Shown here piece by piece: positions 11,454 through 23,300 of a stretch of DNA of 64,000 nucleotides. Source of the DNA: Eutreptiella sp. 'Long Island Sound 2002' (taxonomy: Eukaryota; Protista; Euglenida); the NCBI GenBank assembly GCA_964036045.1, contig OZ038378.1, forward strand, positions 141,050,001 through 141,114,000. The letters are read 5' to 3'. Every line of letters starts with the position of its first letter. Positions within the stretch are counted from its first letter, which is position 1. A program made the translations under genes and the position numbers. The notes under the pieces are model-generated. The model searched no databases, was not told the DNA's origin, and saw nothing but the letters and a program-made list of their open reading frames with translations.

Positions 11454-11885
11454 CTCCTTCCGGGTGGCGTCGCTGAGGAGACTGCCCTGCGAGGGACTCA
11501 GGGAGGCGTCGCTCGCGTTGGGGTGGACCAGCTTGGGCAGCCGCTGGCCTAGGACCTGCCGCCGGCTCTGGATCTGCGAGTTCTGGGCCACGGCCAACAG
11601 CCGCTGCAGCGCCTGGGCCTGTGCGGCCTGGGCCCCAATGCCATGGGCCAGGGACGTCGTGGTGGGGCCGGGGGAGTGCCCATCGCCGGGCGCGGCGCTG
11701 GCGGGGGCAACGTCGGGGGCAGGGCCAAGGGTGAAGTAGCTCCGGGGCTCGGCTGGCGGCCCAACAATGGTCGGGTGCACGCCCTTGAGGCGTGTGGGAG
11801 GGCGGAGTTCGTTGGGCTTCTCGACGGCCTCGGCGGGGTCAGGTCTGGACTTCTTGGTGAACCCGACGATCTCGATCTTCACGTC
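11454..11885 (-). CDS. Probable internal exon (144 codons) of the same host gene
   Basis: Acceptor gtgcggccgcag|GAC GTG AAG and donor AAG GAG|gtgtgg. 432 nt, phase 0/0: DVKIEIVGFTKKSRPDPAEAVEKPNELRPPTRLK...LLSDATRKE, GC3-rich. Confidence 0.75.
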
Positions 11886-12648
11886 CTGCGGCCGCACGCA
11901 CACAAACAGACAGACGCCCCCACCCAAGACCTGTGGCTCTTCAATGCAACGTGTGGGAGGGGCGACGGTTGCTTCCTTCACGTCCCGCGTCCTGCCTCCG
12001 GCCCACCTGTCATCCTGTGGCCTCGCATCCTGCGGCGCCAAGCGCTCCACACACTTGCTGCTGCCTCAACGTGTCCCTCACCACCCAACGGGTCCACAGG
12101 CCAGCGTCGATCGTTGTTGCTCATGTTAATGCAACAGTTGTCACTGCCACCATTGCATTGTACTGCATTGCATTGCATTGCGCTGTGTTGTGTTGTAGAG
12201 AGGAGAGGGCGTTCATGGGAATGTTGTACCACCATGTCCCCGTGGAAGTGTTTGATTCCCCCAAAGCCCACTTTCCCTCCTTCTCTTTGCACCACTAACC
12301 CGATTTGACTGTTGGGAAATGTCCTATGAATGTTGCATTCTGTCACACCCTCGGGGGGGGGGCAGGCGACCCCTCGGTTCTTGACGCCAACAAACCCTCA
12401 AACTAATTGTTGGCCGGAGGGCCCTTGGGGGCTTCACGGAGGGGCAAGTGGGGGGGGGGGTCTTGGAGGGCTCTTGGAGGGGCTTTGGGGAGGAGGGGGG
12501 CCGCTCCGGGAGGGTCGGTTGGGGGGGGGGGGGTCCAGGTGGGGCGGTTTGGGGTTTTGGGGGGGGGGGGGGGCACAGGCTCCCCTCACCACCCCTTGCC
12601 CTCCCTCGAACCAGACCACCAGACCATCACCAAAAACCTAACCCTAAC

Positions 12649-12747
12649 CTTTGCAGCTAGTTTGGCCATGCCAGCCATGTTGATTGGGCTGAGCAAGATC
12701 CTCTGAATTTCGTTCATGGCTTTTTTTGCCACATCATTGCTCTCCAT
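12649..12747 (-). CDS. Possible upstream exon MESNDVAKKAMNEIQRILLSPINMAGMAKLAAK
   Basis: 99-nt open stretch from ATG to AAG|gttagg (phase 0, compatible with the 11885 acceptor). The donor overlaps a telomere-like repeat, so this may be chance. Confidence 0.25.
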
Positions 12748-12774
12748 TTTGGACCCCAACACTCACTCTGACCC

Positions 12775-12843
12775 TAGCCTAGGGTGAGAGCTAGGGCTAG
12801 GCTTAGGGCTAGGGTTAGGGTTGAGGTTAGGTGTAGGATTAGG
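12775..12843 (+). repeat. Degenerate interstitial telomere-like repeats (TTAGGG/CTAGGG variants)
   Basis: ctagggtgagagctagggctaggcttagggctagggttagggttgaggttaggtgtaggattagg. A short C-strand version (cctaaccctaacc) lies at ~12637-12649. Confidence 0.75.
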
Positions 12844-12850
12844 AGTTCAC

Positions 12851-13245
12851 ACCATTTTTGAGACCCATGGATTAGGTATTTACTCACAACTCATTGGATT
12901 CCTCATCGGAACCAATTGTGCACCCACATGGGCAAACTTGGTGTTCAGGTTTTATGAGCGCGTGCACAACGTGGTGGATATGATGTTGTTTCGTCTCACT
13001 GACGATGGTTTGGTACTACACCCTGAAGAAGACGAAAAGGCATTCTTGGCGAAGTTGCAAGCCCCATACCCGGCGCTCTTGCGTGTGGGAATGGAATGCT
13101 TCAATCCAATGCAACCTTCCATTTATGGATTTGTTGATTGTGAGATTGCAACCTTTGAAAACAAGTGCATATTTCAAGCCAACCCACACGTGTTCATATA
13201 TTCCATGGAACTCTAACACGCCAGGACACGTGAAAGAGGGCTAGA
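12851..13245 (+). mobile_element. Penelope-like element reverse transcriptase fragment (degenerate)
   Basis: IYSQLIGFLIGTNCAPTWANLVFRFYE matches the PLE Y.Q..G.(P)MG...AP..A.L motif. FRLTDD is a decayed (F)RY(I/V)DD. After a frameshift, LPFMDLLI...KTSAYFKPTHTCSYIPWNSNTPGHVK matches PLE FLD.....T.VY.KPT....Y....S.HP. Confidence 0.85.
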
Positions 13246-14367
13246 TTGTGGCAGATTTTTACACACATTTGTCGGTTTCTTTTTGCAAATAGGATGAGCA
13301 CCGTCAGATCGCTTACACCAATCCCAAGGAGATCCACTGTTGGATGATTTTTAATTTTTTGGGGAGAGTTATCCATTTCTAACTCCATACCCATAAATAT
13401 TGTTAGTATGTGTCCCTCAGATTAGTATATAGTCGAGGAGGATCTCGCTGGGATGGAAACGCGCACTTGACATTTGGAATTGTCTTGCGGACTTTTGATT
13501 TTCCACTTGTGTGATTCAGGTCTTGGGTGTGTTTGAAATTAACGGACTTGGTGTTTGGACACGTTCTCCCGAGGGCTGAGAAACCATCCAGGATTTTTTT
13601 TTATGTTTCCGCTGCGGGAAAACACATGTCGGTTTCGCCGACCGATCAAGGCATGGGCCAATTTTGTCACGTGAAATTCCGTCCCTTCAGACAATGAAGG
13701 GTCACGTCTTTTCACTTGGGCTGATTATTTGCAACGCAAAGAACATTGCAAGCGCGATTGTGCAATTTACTTGGAATGAAGCCGATTTTCCATGAATGAC
13801 CGCTTGAAAGAGATTGGGCACTATGATCACTTATGGGAAAGATTGGCAGATGATATTTGGAAGTGTTCTCGTAAACAACCATGCCATGCAAAGCAAACCA
13901 TTCGGTATCTTGCCTATGGTGGCGGCCCGGCTCGCGTCGGTCGTCCTGGAAATCCAAACGCTGCAAGGGGAACCGTGATACAGTATGGGCCCGGGACTAG
14001 AAATCTGCGCCGTCCGACTGCCGAGGCCCATTACAACGGCCCTTCTTTGTGCTTCACGCAGTGCGACGGGGTTGAAGTGTGGAGGGTTGTCCGCCGCGGG
14101 CTTCCGGTGTCTGGGGACGTGTCCCCGCAACCCGCGGGTTGCGGGCGGTTGCTTGGTGGGTGTCCAGTGGAGGCTTTGGGTGACAAACGGCCCCACGCTG
14201 CACGATGTGGCCACGGTGCACAGGCCACGACCCCCGTTGGAAGACCATCGTGGTTCTCTACGGTGCTAGTCTGCGGGGTTGGCGGACATGCCTTCACGGC
14301 CCCGCTTGGCACGGCCGTGGACTCGGATGCATGCGTGGCCTTGCATCTCACCGTAGAACCTCTGACA

Positions 14368-17300
14368 ACCGTCCCGGGAACCTCGGTCGCCGCCCCCGGC
14401 ACCTCAATCGCCGTCCCCGGCACCACCCGCAAGGTTGCCATCCCCGGCACTATCCTCGGCGGATTTTCTTGTGGTGGTGGATAGCCCTTCGCCACAGCGG
14501 GCACCCACAGCGGTGCCTTCTGTGGAGGAGGGCTTGAAGCCTCCCAACGATACTAATGGAGCATGGAGCAAGAGCGGCGGAAGAAGATTATATAGACCTC
14601 GAACTCCGTCCAGAAGTCGAGGCCCCCACCTTACCGTTGGAAGCCCTTGAAATAAGCGAATAGTCGCAAGATTGGACGAACGACAAGCCTATGCGGTATT
14701 GGACTCCCGCATGGCGGTGACTACTCCCTACCTAGATTGTGGGGGACTCTGTGCCGTGGGTACCAAAGCTCTTTGCCGCCAAGCCGCTAAGTGCGACTTC
14801 GTGGGTTGTGATAAATTGGAAGCACATGCAGAGCTGTGGTTGCACACAAAGGTGGGATACATGAGGCGAGGGTTATGTTGCGCTTGTCCTAAACGCATTT
14901 GCCCACGATGCTTTGGGTAGAACAACGGTATTGGAAGCCGAAGTGGCTGCTGGTCGGGACTGTATGTTGTCGCAAGAGGCTGTGGAGTGTACTCTACTTG
15001 AGGCGGGATCGCGTCCTTAAAATCGTGTGGTATGTAAAACCACCGGAGAACCCAAGCACGATGGACCTAAACAAAAAAAATGGTACCTGGGGATGTACAC
15101 ACAGACACACACACAGACACACACACACACATACACACACACACCCGGTGGCCCTCAAATGCAAACCCCAAGGGATGCTTGGGCACAAGTGAGGAATTCA
15201 ATAGTCTAAAAGAGACCTTGAAGTTGCAATTGGGAGTGGCACCTCCACGGGTTTAAGCACCGCTCGAAAGGGATACCAATTTCTTTATGCCCGGCTTCCT
15301 TCTCCGGCAGCACGTTGGATAGTGGATTAAAATAGAATGACACCTGGTGCCCTTGGCGCCAGCGCCAGCGCTGCGCTGCACTGCCATTGTGTGAATCAAT
15401 TTCTGCCATTTCCCACAGGCTTCCTCCTTCATCTTGGCATATAGATTTTTGGACTAACGTTTTGCCGGCATCGCGTCACTGCCGCAATACAGCCCTGTCC
15501 GATGCACCCATTGCTCTTTGCAGGTACTCATGTCTGCAATCAACTTCAACCCCTTTGACTGTAGCAACTATAGCGAAGTGGATCCATTTGCCCACCCATG
15601 GCAATGGAGGGCAAAGGAGGTTCCGTGGCATCCCATCGGGTTGCCATCTCACAGCTGTAGGCCGTCCCGGTCGGCGTCCCCGGCACCTCAATCGCCGTCC
15701 CCGGCACCACCCGCAAGGTTGCCATCCCCGGCAGCATCCTCGGTGGATGTTCTTGTGGTGGTGGATAGCCCTTCGCCACAGCGGGCACCCTCACCGGTGC
15801 CTTTTGTGGGGAAGCCATTGCGGCTTTTTTGTGTTTATTTGGGATGAGTGACCCCCCCCCCCCCGAACGCAAAAACTATTTTTTGCTGGGGCCCTGCTTC
15901 GCTGATGAAGCATCGGGGGAGTACACTGGGCGGGAGGTGTGGCAGAAGCTGCGCGAGGGGGGGGGGGGCATCCACCAGGTGGCGGCGTATGACCCCCCGA
16001 AAAATGTGCGTGATGCAACCGCTTTGTGAGCCTAGGAGGTCTTGAAGCCTCCCAACGATACTAATGGAGCATGGAGCAAGAGGGGCGGAAGAAGATTATA
16101 TAGACCTCGAACTCCGTCAAGAAGTGCAGGCCTCCACCTTACCGTTGGAAAACCTTGAAATAAGTGAATAGTCGCAAGATTGGACGAACGCCAAGCCTAT
16201 GCGGTATTGGACTCCCGCATGGCGGTGACTACTCCCTACCTAGATTGTGGGGGACTCTGTGCCGTGGGTACCAAAGCTCTTTGCCGCCAAGCCGCTAAGT
16301 GCGACTTCGTGGGTTGTGATAAATTGGAAGCACATGCAGAGCTGTGGTTGCACACAAAGGTGGGATACATGAGGCGAGGGTTATGTTGCGCTTGTCCTAA
16401 ACGCATTTGCCCGCGATGCTTTGGGTAGAACAACGGTATTGGAAGCCGAAGTGGGTGCTGGTCGGGACTGTATGTTGTCGGAAGAGGCTATGGAGTGTAC
16501 TCTACTTGAGGCGGGATCGCATCCTTAAAATCGTGTGGTATGTAAAACCACCGGAGAACCCAAGCACGATGGACCTAAACAAAAAAAAATGGTACGTGGG
16601 GATGCACACATAGACACAGACACACACACACACACACACACACACACCCGGTGGCCCTCAAACGCAAACCCAAAAGGACGCTTGGGCACAAGTGAGGAAT
16701 TCAATACTCTAAAAGAGACCTTGAAGTTGCAATTGGGAGTGGCACCTCCATGGGTTCAAGCACCGCTCGAAAGGGATACCAAATTTCTTTATGCCCGGCT
16801 TCCTTCTCCGGCAGCACGTTGGATGGTGGAGTAAAACAGAACGACACATGGTGCCCTTGGCGCCATCGCTAGCGCTGCGCTGCACTGCCATTGTGTGAAT
16901 CAATTTCTGCAATTTCCCACAGGCTTCCTCCTTCATCTTGGCATATAGATTTTTGGACTAACATTTTGCCGGCATCGCGTCACTGCCGCAATATAGCCCT
17001 GTCCGATGCACCCATTGCTCTTTGCAGGTACTCATGTCTGCAATCAACTTCAACCCCTTTGACTGTAGCAAATATAGCGAGGTGGATCCATTTGCCCACC
17101 CATGGCAATGGAGGGCAAAGGAGGTTCTGTGGCATCCCATCGGGTTGCCATCTCACAGCTGTAGGCCGTCCCGGTCGGCGTCCCCGGCACCTCAATCGCC
17201 GTCCCCGGCACCACCCGCAAGGTTGCCATCCCCGGCAGCATCCTCGGTGGATGTTCTTGTGGTGGTGGATAGCCCTTCGCCACAGCGGGCACCCTCACCG

Positions 17301-20300
17301 GTGCCTTTTGTGGGGAAGCCATTGCGGCTTTTTTGTGTTTATTTGGGATGAGTGACCCCCCCCCCCCCCGAACGCAAAAACTATTTTTTGCTGGGGCCCT
17401 GCTTCGCTGATGAAGCATCGGGGGAGTACACTGGGCGGGAGGTGTGGCAGAAGCTGCACGGGGGGGGGGGGGGGCATCCACCAGGTGGCGGCGTATGACC
17501 CCCCGAAAAATGTGCGTGATGCAACCGCTTTGTGAGCCTAGGAGGTCTTGAAGCCTCCCAACGATACTAATGGAGCATGGAGCAAGAGGGGCGGAAGAAG
17601 ATTATATAGACCTCGAACTCCGTCAAGAAGTGCAGGCCTCCACCTTACCGTTGGAAAACCTTGAAATAAGTGAATAGTCGCAAGATTGGACGAACGCCAA
17701 GCCTATGCGGTATTGGACTCCCGCATGGCGGTGACTACTCCCTACCTAGATTGTGGGGGACTCTGTGCCGTGGGTACCAAAGCTCTTTGCCGCCAAGCCG
17801 CTAAGTGCGACTTCGTGGGTTGTGATAAATTGGAAGCACATGCAGAGCTGTGGTTGCACACAAAGGTGGGATACATGAGGCGAGGGTTATGTTGCGCTTG
17901 TCCTAAACGCATTTGCCCGCGATGCTTTGGGTAGAACAACGGTATTGGAAGCCGAAGTGGGTGCTGGTCGGGACTGTATGTTGTCGGAAGAGGCTATGGA
18001 GTGTACTCTACTTGAGGCGGGATCGCATCCTTAAAATCGTGTGGTATGTAAAACCACCGGAGAACCCAAGCACGATGGACCTAAACAAAAAAAAATGGTA
18101 CGTGGGGATGCACACATAGACACAGACACACACAGACACACACACACACACACCCGGTGGCCCTCAAACGCAAACCCAAAAGGACGCTTGGGCACAAGTG
18201 AGGAATTCAATACTCTAAAAGAGACCTTGAAGTTGCAATTGGGAGTGGCACCTCCATGGGTTCAAGCACCGCTCGAAAGGGATACCAAATTTCTTTATGC
18301 CCGGCTTCCTTCTCCGGCAGCACGTTGGATGGTGGAGTAAAACAGAACGACACATGGTGCCCTTGGCGCCATCGCTAGCGCTGCGCTGCACTGCCATTGT
18401 GTGAATCAATTTCTGCAATTTCCCACAGGCTTCCTCCTTCATCTTGGCATATAGATTTTTGGACTAACATTTTGCCGGCATCGCGTCACTGCCGCAATAT
18501 AGCCCTGTCCGATGCACCCATTGCTCTTTGCAGGTACTCATGTCTGCAATCAACTTCAACCCCTTTGACTGTAGCAAATATAGCGAGGTGGATCCATTTG
18601 CCCACCCATGGCAATGGAGGGCAAAGGAGGTTCTGTGGCATCCCATCGGGTTGCCATCTCACAGCTGTAGGCCGTCCCGGTCGGCGTCCCCGGCACCTCA
18701 ATCGCCGTCCCCGGCACCACCCGCAAGGTTGCCATCCCCGGCAGCATCCTCGGTGGATGTTCTTGTGGTGGTGGATAGCCCTTCGCCACAGCGGGCACCC
18801 TCACCGGTGCCTTTTGTGGGGAAGCCATTGCGGCTTTTTTGTGTTTATTTGGGATGAGTGACCCCCCCCCCCCCCGAACGCAAAAACTATTTTTTGCTGG
18901 GGCCCTGCTTCGCTGATGAAGCATCGGGGGAGTACACTGGGCGGGAGGTGTGGCAGAAGCTGCACGGGGGGGGGGGGGGCATCCACCAGGTGGCGGCGTA
19001 TGACCCCCCCAAAAATGTGCGTGATGCAACCGCTTTGTGAGCCTAGGAGGTCTTGAAGCCTCCCAACGATACTAATGGAGCATGGAGCAAGAGGGGCGGA
19101 AGAAGATTATATAGACCTCGAACTCCGTCAAGAAGTGCAGGCCTCCACCTTACCGTTGGAAAACCTTGAAATAAGTGAATAGTCGCAAGATTGGACGAAC
19201 GCCAAGCCTATGCGGTATTGGACTCCCGCATGGCGGTGACTACTCCCTACCTAGATTGTGGGGGACTCTGTGCCGTGGGTACCAAAGCTCTTTGCCGCCA
19301 AGCCGCTAAGTGCGACTTCGTGGGTTGTGATAAATTGGAAGCACATGCAGAGCTGTGGTTGCACACAAAGGTGGGATACATGAGGCGAGGGTTATGTTGC
19401 GCTTGTCCTAAACGCATTTGCCCGCGATGCTTTGGGTAGAACAACGGTATTGGAAGCCGAAGTGGGTGCTGGTCGGGACTGTATGTTGTCGGAAGAGGCT
19501 ATGGAGTGTACTCTACTTGAGGCGGGATCGCATCCTTAAAATCGTGTGGTATGTAAAACCACCGGAGAACCCAAGCACGATGGACCTAAACAAAAAAAAA
19601 AGGTACGTGGGGATGCACACATAGACACAGACACACACAGACACACACACACACACACCCGGTGGCCCTCAAACGCAAACCCAAAAGGACGCTTGGGCAC
19701 AAGTGAGGAATTCAATACTCTAAAAGAGACCTTGAAGTTGCAATTGGGAGTGGCACCTCCATGGGTTCAAGCACCGCTCGAAAAGGATTACAAATTTCTT
19801 TATGCCCGGCTTCCTTCTCCGGCAGCACGTTGGATGGTGGAGTAAAACAGAACGACACATGGTGCCCTTGGCGCCATCGCTAGCGCTGCGCTGCACTGCC
19901 ATTGTGTGAATCAATTTCTGCAATACCCCACAGGCTTCCTCCTTCATCTTGGCATATAGATTTTTGGACTAACATTTTGCCGGCATCGCGTCACTGCCGC
20001 AATATAGCCCTGTCCGATGCACCCATTGCTCTTTGCAGGTACTCATGTCTGCAATCAACTTCAACCCCTTTGACTGTAGCAAATATAGCGAGGTGGATCC
20101 ATTTGCCCACCCATGGCAATGGAGGGCAAAGGAGGTTCTGTGGCATCCCATCGGGTTGCCATCTCACAGCTGTAGGCCGTCCCGGTCGGCGTCCCCGGCA
20201 CCTCAATCGCCGTCCCCGGCACCACCCGCAAGGTTGCCATCCCCGGCAGCATCCTCGGTGGATGTTCTTGTGGTGGTGGATAGCCCTTCGCCACAGCGGG

Positions 20301-23300
20301 CACCCTCACCGGTGCCTTTTGTGGGGAAGCCATTGCGGCTTTTTTGTGTTTATTTGGGATGAGTGACCCCCCCCCCCCCCGAACGCAAAAACTATTTTTT
20401 GCTGGGGCCCTGCTTCGTTGATGAAGCATCGGGGGAGTACACTGGGCGGGAGGTGTGGCAGAAGCTGCGCGGGGGGGGGGGGGGGGGCATCCACCAGGTG
20501 GCGGCGTATGACCCACCCAAAACTGTGCGTGATGCAACCGCTTTGTGAGCCTAGGAGGTCTTGAAGCCTCCCAACGATACTAATGGAGCATGGAGCAAGA
20601 GGGGCGGAAGAGGATTATATAGACCTCGAACTCCGTCAAGAAGTGCAGGCCTCCACCTTACCGTTGGAAAACCTTGAAATAAGCGAATAGTCGCAAGATT
20701 GGACGAACGACAAGCCTATGCGGTATTGGACTCCCGCATGGCGGTGACTACTCCCTACCTAGATTGTGGGGGGACTCTGTGCCGTGGGTACCAAAGCTCT
20801 TTGCCGCCAAGCCGCTAAGTGCGACTTCGTGGGTTGTGATAAATTGGAAGCACATGCAGAGCTGTGGTTGCACACAAAGGTGGGATACATGAGGCGAGGG
20901 TTATGTTGCGCTTGTCCTAAACGCATTTGCCCACGATGCTTTGGGTAGAACAACGGTATTGGAAGCCGAAGTGGGTGCTGGTCGGGACTGTATGTTGTCG
21001 GAAGAGGCTGTGGAGTGTACTTTGCTTGAGGCGGGATCGCGTCCTTAAAATCGTGTGGTATGTAAAACCACCGGAGAACCCAAGCACGATGGACCTAAAC
21101 AAAAAAAATGGTACGTGGGGATGCACACACAGACACACACACACACATACACACACACACCCGGTGGCCCTCAAATGCAAACCCCAAGGGATGCTTGGCC
21201 ACAAGTGAGGAATTCAATACTCTAAAAGAGACCTTGAAGTTGCAATTGGGAGTGGCACCTCCACGGGTTCAAGCACCGCTCGAAAGGGAGACCAAATTTC
21301 TTTATGCCCGGCTTCCTTCTCCGGCAGCACGTTGGATAGTGGATTAAAATAGAATGACACCTCGTGCCCTTGGCGCCAGCGCCAGCGCTGCGCTGCACTG
21401 CCATTGTGTCAATCAATTTCTGCAATTTCCCACAGGCTTCCTCCTTCATCTTGGCATATAGATTTTTGGACTAACGTTTTGCCGGCATCGCGTCACTGCC
21501 GCAATACAGCCCTGTCCGATGCACCCATTGCTCTTTGCAGGTACTCATGTCTGCAATCAACTTCAACCCCTTTGACTGTAGCAACTATAGCGAAGTGGAT
21601 CCATTTGCCCACCCATGGCAATGGAGGGCAAAGGAGGTTCTGTGGCATCCCATCGGGTTGCCATCTCACAGCTGTAGGCCGTCCCGGTCGGCGTCCCCGG
21701 CACCTCAATCGCCGTCCCCGGCACCACCCGCAAGGTTGCCATCCCCGGCAGCATCCTCGGTGGATGTTCTTGTGGTGGTGGATAGCCCTTCGCCACAGCG
21801 GGCACCCTCACCGGTGCCTTTTGTGGGGAAGCCATTGCGGCTTTTTTGTGTTTACTTGGGATGAGTGACCCCCCCCCCCCCCCCCGAACGCAAAAACTAT
21901 TTTTTGCTGGGGCCCTGCTTCGTTGATGAAGCATCGGGGGAGTACACTGGGCGGGAGGTGTGGCAGAAGCTGCACGGGGGGGGGGGGGGACATCCAGCAG
22001 GTGGCGGCGTATGACCCCCCCAAAAATGTGCGTGATGCAACCGCTTTGTGAGCCTAGGAGGTCTTGAAGCCTCCCAACGATACTAATGGAGCATGGAGCA
22101 AGAGGGGCGGAAGAAGATTATATAGACCTCGAACTCCGTCAAGAAGTGCAGGCCTCCACCTTACCGTTGGAAAACCTTGAAATAAGTGAATAGTCGCAAG
22201 ATTGGACGAACGCCAAGCCTATGCGGTATTGGACTCCCGCATGGCGGTGACTACTCCCTACCTAGATTGTGGGGGACTCTGTGCCGTGGGTACCAAAGCT
22301 CTTTGCCGCCAAGCCGCTAAGTGCGACTTCGTGGGTTGTGATAAATTGGAAGCACATGCAGAGCTGTGGTTGCACACAAAGGTGGGATACATGAGGCGAG
22401 GGTTATGTTGCGCTTGTCCTAAACGCATTTGCCCGCGATGCTTTGGGTAGAACAACGGTATTGGAAGCCGAAGTGGGTGCTGGTCGGGACTGTATGTTGT
22501 CGGAAGAGGCTATGGAGTGTACTCTACTTGAGGCGGGATCGCATCCTTAAAATCGTGTGGTATGTAAAACCACCGGAGAACCCAAGCACGATGGACCTAA
22601 ACAAAAAAAAAATGGTACGTGGGGATGCACACATAGACACAGACACACACAGACACACACACACACACACACCCGGTGGCCCTCAAACGCAAACCCAAAA
22701 GGACGCTTGGGCACAAGTGAGGAATTCAATACTCTAAAAGAGACCTTGAAGTTGCAATTGGGAGTGGCACCTCCATGGGTTCAAGCACCGCTCGAAAGGG
22801 ATACCAAATTTCTTTATGCCCGGCTTCCTTCTCTGGCAGCACGTTGGATGGTGGAGTAAAACAGAACGACACATGGTGCCCTTGGCGCCATCGCTAGCGC
22901 TGCGCTGCACTGCCATTGTGTGAATCAATTTCTGCAATTTCCCACAGGCTTCCTCCTTCATCTTGGCATATAGATTTTTGGACTAACATTTTGCCGGCAT
23001 CGCGTCACTGCCGCAATATAGCCCTGTCCGATGCACCCATTGCTCTTTGCAGGTACTCATGTCTGCAATCAACTTCAACCCCTTTGACTGTAGCAAATAT
23101 AGCGAGGTGGATCCATTTGCCCACCCATGGCAATGGAGGGCAAAGGAGGTTCTGTGGCATCCCATCGGGTTGCCATCTCACAGCTGTAGGCCGTCCCGGT
23201 CGGCGTCCCCGGCACCTCAATCGCCGTCCCCGGCACCACCCGCAAGGTTGCCATCCCCGGCAGCATCCTCGGTGGATGTTCTTGTGGTGGTGGATAGCCC

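Noticed and set aside
12775-12843. True chromosome end
   Set aside because: The tract is short, degenerate and flanked by non-telomeric sequence on both sides.
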